From the IMG/VR virus record IMGVR_UViG_2693429713_000009: DNA of 64,000 nt; one strand, given 5' to 3'. This DNA is from a virus. Lineage: Duplodnaviria > Heunggongvirae > Uroviricota > Caudoviricetes. The notes beneath the pieces are model-generated. The model saw nothing but the letters and a program-made list of their open reading frames with translations. It made no database searches and was not told the DNA's origin. Positions within the stretch are counted from its first letter, which is position 1. Every line of letters begins with the position of its first letter. Below are positions 56,757 through 64,000 of the stretch, one piece after another. The position numbers and the translations under genes are program-made.

Positions 56757-57548
56757 ATGGGCCGTTTTGACGAATGGTTTGCTGACGATGCAAACCTGGC
56801 AAGTAAGAAGTCAGAACATGACAGCACGCAGAGAGAAACGCCAGCGCCGATTGAAGCGAATGCAGGAGGCACGCCGGAACATGGCAATACCGGTTCGGAT
56901 TCATTCAGCATTCTGGAAGAGCAACCCGCCGCCAAAGCTGATAGCCATGATAATTTTGCTGATAGCAACGGTGGCCTTACTCCGGATGCTGGCGAATCAG
57001 ATATAGCCATACTTCCACCTTCCCTGGCTGGCAGAGAACCAACTCCACAGCTAAAAGCACGCTATAACGGGCATAAAGCCTTTAACGACCAAATCCGCGC
57101 AGACTGGATGCTGATTATTGAATCCAGCCCAGACGCGTTTCAGGCTCTCTTATATCGACCAGATGTTGGCACATATGGGGTAGTCAGCGACGAAACAGGA
57201 GAAGAGTCATTCACTGAACTGGATAACAACCAACGCGAACTGACTTACCAGGAACCTGAAATCGTTTATGTGCTGGATAACCCGGACGGGCGTGACTCTT
57301 TCCATGCGATTGACGCAGACGGTGAGCAGGATGGTTTAACCGATGATGTTCTGATTCTGCGTATTGCAGCAAATAACGTCCCCGTCGGATCAATTCTTGA
57401 ATGGAATGAAGAGATGGTAAACGGCGTAGCCCGCCGCTGGTGGTACGTGCACCGTATTTTTAGCTACGGCACACAGCATGTTGGTTCGCTTTACTACTGC
57501 ATACCTGCCAGAAATTTTGATACGACTCAAAACGGAGTGATCGAATGA
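56757..57548 (+). CDS. hypothetical protein, possible tail/baseplate module
   Basis: ATG at 56757 after GAGGATG; acidic N-terminal half. Confidence 0.4.
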   Translation: MGRFDEWFADDANLASKKSEHDSTQRETPAPIEANAGGTPEHGNTGSDSFSILEEQPAAKADSHDNFADSNGGLTPDAGESDIAILPPSLAGREPTPQLKARYNGHKAFNDQIRADWMLIIESSPDAFQALLYRPDVGTYGVVSDETGEESFTELDNNQRELTYQEPEIVYVLDNPDGRDSFHAIDADGEQDGLTDDVLILRIAANNVPVGSILEWNEEMVNGVARRWWYVHRIFSYGTQHVGSLYYCIPARNFDTTQNGVIE

Positions 57549-58312
57549 CTTCAAATAAAACCCTCCTGGCGCGAACAGGTGAATGGCAAACATCACGCAC
57601 AGGAAAATTCCAGACCACGGGCTTTGAAAACGTGGATAACGCGTTTGCTACGCTAATCAGCAATATCTTTTCTGATATCTTACTGGTGGCCCCCGCGCCG
57701 GAAGAAAAACGCTTTGCGTCATTCCTGAATCGTCCACCAGCAGAGCGTGTCTATGTGGCCCGTTTTGACAATGCGATCGAGTTTCTTAAAGCAGTTCGTC
57801 GCGCAAATGCCGGGCAAGGGAGAAAACCTGAAAACCAGAACATTAACCGGGATGCTCTCCCCCTAGTCAATATCTCACGCACTATGGATATCAATTATAT
57901 CAACGATGATCAGCAGATTGACCGCAAAAAAGTAGCCAGTTTTTGCGAACCAGATACCGGAATGCCTTTAGCAGAACTGGAATACACCCAGGCCATTCTG
58001 ACGTATGACGTTACGTTAATGGCAACTGATAAAGCGACCATGAGTCTGATGTGTAATTCGCTGGGCGCACGGCTTCGCCTGATGACAGGTACACAATTTG
58101 AAGCAACCACTCACCTTGTTCGTGTCCCGGTCCCGCTGATTTGCTCGATACAGGATGCCAAAGAAGTCGGCTTTACGGATGTTTCAGCACCAATTGGAGA
58201 AGAGCGTATTTATGCCACACAAGCGCCGATAAGTGTGATTGCAGACGTGATCACAGCATGGGAGTTGGACGCAAAACGTATTATTACCGAAACCTCGATA
58301 TCTATGGGGTGA
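57545..58312 (+). CDS. hypothetical protein, possible baseplate module
   Basis: 255 aa, overlapping starts. Confidence 0.4.
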   Translation: MTSNKTLLARTGEWQTSRTGKFQTTGFENVDNAFATLISNIFSDILLVAPAPEEKRFASFLNRPPAERVYVARFDNAIEFLKAVRRANAGQGRKPENQNINRDALPLVNISRTMDINYINDDQQIDRKKVASFCEPDTGMPLAELEYTQAILTYDVTLMATDKATMSLMCNSLGARLRLMTGTQFEATTHLVRVPVPLICSIQDAKEVGFTDVSAPIGEERIYATQAPISVIADVITAWELDAKRIITETSISMG

Positions 58313-58315
58313 TAA

Positions 58316-59296
58316 GTGGCCCAGGAGTTACAACAATATTTTCTACAGTCAGTGCTCATTAACGATAACAAAGTGCCACGAGACTGGATTTTTACCGCAG
58401 TATATGTAGAAAAAACCAGCCTCAAAGCCCCTTTGCTAAAACTGGAAATTCATGACGCTACCGGCACCGTAATTGATGACTGGAAAGCCAAATACGGTGC
58501 ATCGCTGGTGGCTGAAATGGGCGATCCAAACGGTAATGCAGGCACTTTTAAAACAGATTTCTTTGTTACGTCTGCAATGCTGGCTGGTGATGTTGTTACC
58601 GTTATTGCTGTCAGTGAAGACGTGCGTAGGTTTAAGATCCCCTCCCCGCGCACAAATTTACATACCAACAAAACACCAGACGCTATATTCAAGGCATATT
58701 CCGGCAAGCTTAAAATTACCAGCAGCGTGCTAAAACGCGCAGTTACATATCATCTGAATGCCGGTGACAAACCGTCAAAAATGCTTTCGGAGATAGCGCG
58801 AGACAAAGGTGCATTATGTTGGGTATGCCGGGGGGAATTTAACTTTTACACCCTGGCTGATCTGATGAAGCAAACGCCATCATTTACCTACGAGGGGAAT
58901 AACCCTAAAGCAGAATACACTTTGTCCAAAATGCGCCTACTCCAACAGGAACATGCGACAACAGCAAAGAATCAATATCGTTTTGTTGGGTATTCCATGA
59001 CCGATGGCTACGTCGAATATGGCGATAGCTCACTCCCAGTGCGTTATATATCCGACTCTGATATGGAAACTCTTCGCAATATGCAGCTGTCTCTCGTCCC
59101 CAAAATGGATATAGAAGTCGCAGGCAATCCTGATATAAAACCGGGGATGGTGATAGAGATTATCGTATACCGCTATGACCAGGAAAACCGCATTGATGAA
59201 TCAATGCCCCGTAAGCTAATAGTAAAAAATGTTGCGCACTTTGAAGACCGCGTAGGCTACACAACACGAATGATATTGGGAGTGCCGAACAAATGA
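58316..59296 (+). CDS. hypothetical protein, possible baseplate module
   Basis: 326 aa. Confidence 0.4.
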   Translation: MAQELQQYFLQSVLINDNKVPRDWIFTAVYVEKTSLKAPLLKLEIHDATGTVIDDWKAKYGASLVAEMGDPNGNAGTFKTDFFVTSAMLAGDVVTVIAVSEDVRRFKIPSPRTNLHTNKTPDAIFKAYSGKLKITSSVLKRAVTYHLNAGDKPSKMLSEIARDKGALCWVCRGEFNFYTLADLMKQTPSFTYEGNNPKAEYTLSKMRLLQQEHATTAKNQYRFVGYSMTDGYVEYGDSSLPVRYISDSDMETLRNMQLSLVPKMDIEVAGNPDIKPGMVIEIIVYRYDQENRIDESMPRKLIVKNVAHFEDRVGYTTRMILGVPNK

Positions 59297-59946
59297 AGCG
59301 TAGAGCGCAAATTGTTGGAACTGTGCACCCGGCAGGGCTTATGCGTGCTCAAGTCCGTGTTTTACCTGACTGGAATGGCGTTCCTGATGACGATCTACCC
59401 TGGGCGGAATACCTGTTACCCATCGGTAACGCTTTTGTACCCACAGTCAAAGGTGACCTGGTCTGGGTAGAGTTTCCTTATTTAGATGTTAACGGTCGAA
59501 TAGACACCAGACGCCCAATGATAGTTGGTGCCGCTCAGGATGCACCGGGAGGAATTCCAAACGTTGCACCAGAAGCATCTGGCAAAGGCAACGGCTGGAC
59601 GCCGCCGGAAGTAGATGGAGCACCTCCCCGCCCCCAAATCTCAGCAACGAAAGACTTCGTTATTCACCGCAACAATATTCTTGAAGTACGAACTGCTGGT
59701 GGCGGCTATGAAATTGCCAATACGGCAGCAGGCTCAAGGATTGGCATGAATGAGTCCGGGCAGATATATATCATTGGTCCGGCTGATGTAATCGTGAATG
59801 CAGGAGGGAGTGTTAACGTCAAATCAGCCAACAACATCAATGTTAAAGGGGAAAATATTGCTGTCACCGCTAACGGAGACATAGCTTTCAAGGCAGGAGG
59901 AACCTTTCAGGCCACTGCTAGCAACTTCGATTTCAAGAAAGGATAG
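59293..59946 (+). CDS. possible baseplate spike / gpV-like protein
   Basis: 217 aa; N-terminal OB-like region then Gly/Asn-rich repetitive beta-strand-like tail. Confidence 0.4.
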   Translation: MKRRAQIVGTVHPAGLMRAQVRVLPDWNGVPDDDLPWAEYLLPIGNAFVPTVKGDLVWVEFPYLDVNGRIDTRRPMIVGAAQDAPGGIPNVAPEASGKGNGWTPPEVDGAPPRPQISATKDFVIHRNNILEVRTAGGGYEIANTAAGSRIGMNESGQIYIIGPADVIVNAGGSVNVKSANNINVKGENIAVTANGDIAFKAGGTFQATASNFDFKKG

Positions 59947-59962
59947 AAAATGCACCCATTTA

Positions 59963-59992
59963 TGTTAGATAATTAACATGCATTTTCTAACA
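59963..59992. promoter_or_regulatory. paired operator-like motifs TGTTAGATAA-N10-TTTTCTAACA
   Basis: Inverted pair upstream of rdgC. Confidence 0.5.
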
Positions 59993-60005
59993 CAAATGGT
60001 GAGAC

Positions 60006-60911
60006 ATGAGATCAGTCGCTTTCAAAAATATCTTCATCTATCGTCTTTCACGCGAAGTTAGCTGGGATACTGCAGAAGTAAATGCAGCCCTTAGCAAGTT
60101 TGTGTTTACCCCATGCGGTTCTCAGGATATGGCTAAAGCTGGTTGGACCCCCGTTCTTGGCGACAACCTCACCCATGAATACCAGGGTTTTCTTCTGATA
60201 CAGCATAAACGAGAGGAAAAAATCCTACCCTCTCAAGTGCTCAAAGAAGAGTTACAGAAAAAAATCCTGACACTTGAAGAAGAGCAAGACAGAAAGCTGA
60301 AGAAGACTGAAAAAGATTCGCTGAAGGATGAAGTGCTTCACTCTCTGCTTCCTCGTGCTTTCACGAGAAAATCAGTCGCTAAAATCCTGATAGACCGAAG
60401 CAATCATCTGGTTTTTGTCGAGGCCAGCAGTGCTAAAAAAGCAGAGGATCAGCTGGCTTTGTTACGGAAATCGCTTGGCAGCTTGCCCGTTGTCCCCTTC
60501 TCTCCGAAAGACCCATTAGAACTGACCATCACTGGCTGGATTAAAAATGGCTTCCCGAACGGTTTCCGTGCCGGTGAGGAAGCGACCTTAAAAGCATTGC
60601 TTGATGATGGCGGCGCGGTCCGCTGCAAAAAAGTGGACCTGCTATCCGACGAGATCATGAGTCATATAGAAGCTGGTAAGGTTGCAACCACAGTTGCGGT
60701 TAACTGGCAAGACCGTGCATTTTTCAGACTGAATGACGATATGAGTATCAAGGCTTTGTCGTTCAGCGACGAATTGTACGACCAGAACGACGATATTGAT
60801 CGAGAGGATGTTGCGCAACGATTTGACGCTGACTTTATCCTGTTTACTGCTGAATTATCCGCGATGTTCACTTCGCTGGTGGAGGCCGTTGGTGGTGAAG
60901 CAGAACGTTAA
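60006..60911 (+). CDS. rdgC: recombination-associated protein RdgC
   Basis: 301 aa; [29 protein letters not shown]-terminal [17 protein letters not shown] match RdgC. Confidence 0.8.
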   Translation: MRSVAFKNIFIYRLSREVSWDTAEVNAALSKFVFTPCGSQDMAKAGWTPVLGDNLTHEYQGFLLIQHKREEKILPSQVLKEELQKKILTLEEEQDRKLKKTEKDSLKDEVLHSLLPRAFTRKSVAKILIDRSNHLVFVEASSAKKAEDQLALLRKSLGSLPVVPFSPKDPLELTITGWIKNGFPNGFRAGEEATLKALLDDGGAVRCKKVDLLSDEIMSHIEAGKVATTVAVNWQDRAFFRLNDDMSIKALSFSDELYDQNDDIDREDVAQRFDADFILFTAELSAMFTSLVEAVGGEAER

Positions 60912-60924
60912 CAATAGACCTCTG

Positions 60925-61575
60925 ATGGTGAGTCTTTGTGATTTCACGGGGAAAATGGTCGCCCCCTGGCTGGAGCATGGTATAGATGCTGTTATCGTCG
61001 ATCCACAACACGCAGAGACCAGAGATGAGCTGATGCAATCAGGCGCAGTTCTGACACGTATCAGTGCGATTATCGATAGTGATGAAGTTTATGCTTTTCT
61101 CCGAAATAATTTACAACGTATTGTGTTTTTAGCTGGTTTTCCGCCGTGCACGGACCTTGCTGTTTCCGGTGCGCGCTGGTTTGCGCATAAGGCTGACAAA
61201 GATCCGTTTTTCCAGTTCAAAGCGATGCAGGTCGTCTGGCAGTGTTACGATATTGCAAAGATGATTGGTTGCCCGTACATGATTGAAAACCCGGTCAGCC
61301 AAATATCGACATTCTGGCGTAAACCTGATCACATCTTCCATCCTTACCACTTCACTGCATATTGCAAGGAAGACAATTACACCAAAAAAACATGCCTCTG
61401 GAGCGGGCAAGGCTTTGTCATGCCTGATGCCCTAATGGACGAATCATTAGGCAAGCCAGATAACAGAATCCATACCGCGCCACCTGGACCTGAAAGGGCT
61501 AATTTTCGAAGTGCTACTCCGCATGGATTCGCAAAGGCAGTTTTCGAAGCGAATAAGGGGGTGCTCTATGAGTAA
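60925..61575 (+). CDS. short DNA methyltransferase-like protein (C5-cytosine MTase motifs)
   Basis: About 216 aa; GFPPCTDLAVSG (PC motif) and MIENPV (ENV motif). Confidence 0.4.
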   Translation: MVSLCDFTGKMVAPWLEHGIDAVIVDPQHAETRDELMQSGAVLTRISAIIDSDEVYAFLRNNLQRIVFLAGFPPCTDLAVSGARWFAHKADKDPFFQFKAMQVVWQCYDIAKMIGCPYMIENPVSQISTFWRKPDHIFHPYHFTAYCKEDNYTKKTCLWSGQGFVMPDALMDESLGKPDNRIHTAPPGPERANFRSATPHGFAKAVFEANKGVLYE

Positions 61576-62473
61576 ATCTATAGCAAGCATAGCCATAGAA
61601 AAACAGGATACGATGGCTGAAATTAGCTATATGCGCACCATTCGGACTCAGGATGAATATGAGCGCCCGATCTTCAAATGGGTAGGCGGTAAATTCTCAG
61701 AGTTGCCTACAGTGCTTGAGCATCTACCACACGGCAAGCGGTTAATAGAACCATTCGTTGGTGGCGGTTCCGTATTTACAAATGCAGGATTTCGCCACAA
61801 CCTGCTTAATGATATTAACGGTGACCTGATTAACTTCTATCAGACATTGCAGCGAGAAGGACATTCGCTCGTCACGCTGTCATATAGTTTTTTCCAAAAT
61901 TACAACAACGCTGACGCTTACCTAGAAGTGCGTGAGGCATTTAACAGAGGAAAGTATGACCAGCTACATCATGCTGCCGCCTTTTTGTACCTTAATCGGC
62001 ACTGTTTTAATGGCGTAACGCGGTACAACCAAAATGGCGAGTTCAACGTGGGGTATGGCAAATACAAAGCGCCCTACTTCCCACATGCAGAGATGGAGGC
62101 ATTTTTGGCTGATGACGTACTCAAAAACACGTCCTTTGTATCAGGTGACTTTGCTGGCGTCATCGAGGCGGCTGGTGAAGGCGATGTGATTTTTTGCGAT
62201 CCGCCGTATGAACCGCTGCCGGATACAGAAGGGTTTACCAGTTATTCAGGAAATAGCTTCCGTTTCGACGAACAGAAACGGCTGGTATCTCTATTGGTGG
62301 AAGCCCACCAGCGCGGCGCTAAGGTAGTGATAACAAATAGTGGTGCGCCAAACATCCGTGAACTATATGAAGGAAACGGGTTTAAAGTACATCATATGGC
62401 AGCCAGACGGTCGGTGTCCTGCAAGGCGTCAACACGTGTAGTTGCTAACGATATAATTGCAATAATGAAGTAA
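61568..62473 (+). CDS. dam: DNA adenine methyltransferase (Dam family)
   Basis: About 301 aa; FKWVGGK, PFVGGGS and DPPY motifs. Confidence 0.8.
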   Translation: MSKSIASIAIEKQDTMAEISYMRTIRTQDEYERPIFKWVGGKFSELPTVLEHLPHGKRLIEPFVGGGSVFTNAGFRHNLLNDINGDLINFYQTLQREGHSLVTLSYSFFQNYNNADAYLEVREAFNRGKYDQLHHAAAFLYLNRHCFNGVTRYNQNGEFNVGYGKYKAPYFPHAEMEAFLADDVLKNTSFVSGDFAGVIEAAGEGDVIFCDPPYEPLPDTEGFTSYSGNSFRFDEQKRLVSLLVEAHQRGAKVVITNSGAPNIRELYEGNGFKVHHMAARRSVSCKASTRVVANDIIAIMK

Positions 62474-62475
62474 AA

Positions 62476-62504
62476 AACGCCGCAGTAGCGGCGTTTACTT
62501 TTTT
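62476..62504. terminator. bidirectional intrinsic terminator shared by dam and glnS
   Basis: AACGCCGC-AGTA-GCGGCGTT flanked by A-run and T-run. Confidence 0.7.
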
Positions 62505-62521
62505 ATGTGGCGAAATACCTA

Positions 62522-64000
62522 TTAACCTAACTTCGCCCAGGTATCACGCAGCCCAACGGTGCGGTTAAATACCGGTTTTTCCGCCGTAGAATGGCGGCTG
62601 TCGAGGCAGAAATAACCTTCACGCTCAAACTGGAATGCTTTACCCGCTACCGCTTCTTTCAGCGACGGTTCAGCAAAACCCTGTTTGATCACCAGCGATT
62701 CCGGGTTAATCACCGACAGGAAATCATCCGCAGCACCTGGGTTCGGCACGCTGAACAGACGATCGTACAGGCGGATTTCAACCGGCAGCGCATGTGCCGC
62801 GCTCACCCAGTGAATAACGCCTTTCACTTTACGACCATCTGCCGGATCTTTGCTTAAGGTGTCGGCGTCATAAGTACAGAAGATGGTGGTGATATTGCCT
62901 TCGGCATCTTTCTCCACGCGTTCAGCCTTAATGACGTAAGCATTACGCAGACGCACTTCTTTACCCAGCACCAGACGTTTGTACTGCTTGTTAGCTTCTT
63001 CGCGGAAATCGGCGCGGTCGATCCAAATCTCACCGCTAAACGGCACCTGACGGCTACCCATTTCCGGTTTGTTTGGATGGTTCGGCATGGTGACCATTTC
63101 GCCTTCGCCCTGGTAGTTTTCGATAACCAGTTTCACCGGATCGATAACCGCCATTGCGCGCGGCGCATTTTCGTTGAGATCTTCACGGATGCAGGATTCC
63201 AGCGACGCCATCTCAATGGTGTTGTCCTGCTTGGTCACGCCGATGCGTTTGCAGAACTCACGAATAGAAGCCGCAGTGTAACCACGACGACGCAGACCGG
63301 AAATGGTCGGCATACGCGGGTCATCCCAGCCTTCAACGTGCTTGTCGGTCACCAGCAGGTTCAGCTTACGCTTGGACATCACAGTGTATTCCAGATTCAG
63401 GCGCGAGAATTCGTACTGGCGCGGGTGAACAGGAATGGTGATGTTGTCCAGTACCCAGTCATACAGACGACGGTTGTCCTGGAACTCAAGCGTACACAGA
63501 GAGTGCGTAATACCTTCCAGCGCATCGCTGATGCAGTGGGTGAAGTCGTACATCGGGTAGATGCACCACTTATTGCCAGTCTGGTGGTGTTCAGCAAACT
63601 TAATGCGGTACAGCACCGGGTCGCGCATCACGATAAACGGCGAAACCATGTCGATTTTCGCACGCAGGCAGGCTTTACCTTCTTCAAAACCACCGGCACG
63701 CATTTTTTCGAACAGCGCCAGGTTCTCTTCAACGCTGCGGTCGCGGTACGGGCTGTTTTTACCCGGCTGCGTCAGGGTGCCGCGGTATTCGCGGATCTGT
63801 TCCGGCGTCAGTTCGTCAACATACGCCAGGCCTTTGTTGATCAGTTCAACAGCATAGGCATGGAGTTTGTCAAAATAATCGGAGGAGTAACGGATGTTGC
63901 CAGACCAGTGAAAACCTAACCATTCAACGTCGTTTTTAATCGACTCGACGTACTCGATATCTTCTTTTACCGGGTTAGTGTCGTCGAAACGCAGGTTGCA
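62522..64000 (-). CDS. glnS: glutaminyl-tRNA synthetase, 3' portion (gene continues beyond window)
   Basis: C-terminal 490+ aa ending [29 protein letters not shown], very close to enterobacterial GlnRS; host-like codon usage. Confidence 0.9.
   Translation of the reverse strand, partial: CNLRFDDTNPVKEDIEYVESIKNDVEWLGFHWSGNIRYSSDYFDKLHAYAVELINKGLAYVDELTPEQIREYRGTLTQPGKNSPYRDRSVEENLALFEKMRAGGFEEGKACLRAKIDMVSPFIVMRDPVLYRIKFAEHHQTGNKWCIYPMYDFTHCISDALEGITHSLCTLEFQDNRRLYDWVLDNITIPVHPRQYEFSRLNLEYTVMSKRKLNLLVTDKHVEGWDDPRMPTISGLRRRGYTAASIREFCKRIGVTKQDNTIEMASLESCIREDLNENAPRAMAVIDPVKLVIENYQGEGEMVTMPNHPNKPEMGSRQVPFSGEIWIDRADFREEANKQYKRLVLGKEVRLRNAYVIKAERVEKDAEGNITTIFCTYDADTLSKDPADGRKVKGVIHWVSAAHALPVEIRLYDRLFSVPNPGAADDFLSVINPESLVIKQGFAEPSLKEAVAGKAFQFEREGYFCLDSRHSTAEKPVFNRTVGLRDTWAKLG

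Noticed and set aside
62474-62521. Integrase and attachment site at the phage/glnS boundary
   Set aside because: No tyrosine or serine integrase ORF and no direct repeat were seen at this junction; the only structured element is a terminator

Overview
This window is mostly a P1-like temperate phage / phage-plasmid genome, rearranged relative to the P1 gene order as I remember it, and it ends inside the host housekeeping gene glnS. Recognisable modules, all inferred by eye from the translated ORFs and the DNA: a Cin-family invertase with a cix-like site at the left edge; a Dar antirestriction/head operon and a giant DarB-like methyltransferase-helicase; an immI-like icd/antirepressor unit and a RepL-like gene; a 3.6 kb non-coding locus carrying five tRNA(-like) genes and several families of conserved hairpins; Lpa-like/PacA/PacB with a GATC-rich pac-like cluster; a C1-like repressor, a lox-like site and Cre; dUTPase; phd-doc; humD with an SOS box; a long leftward operon of small genes including a Ser/Thr phosphatase; Ref; a cargo block with exported proteins, a SWIM protein, an AT-rich membrane gene and higBA; baseplate-like genes; and rdgC, a short MTase-like gene and dam. 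The most unusual items are the tRNA/hairpin cassette array, a catalytically degenerate terminase-large paralog, three DUF2829 (Tad2-like) domains and the cargo block where P1 carries res-mod. A 10 bp motif TGTTAGAAAA recurs at promoters like a C1-type operator. No search or folding tool was run. Where I cross-checked my reading of the sequence against the ORF track (about 24.3-26.3 kb) it disagreed by 1-2 nt, so treat non-CDS coordinates there as approximate and elsewhere as unchecked to that precision.
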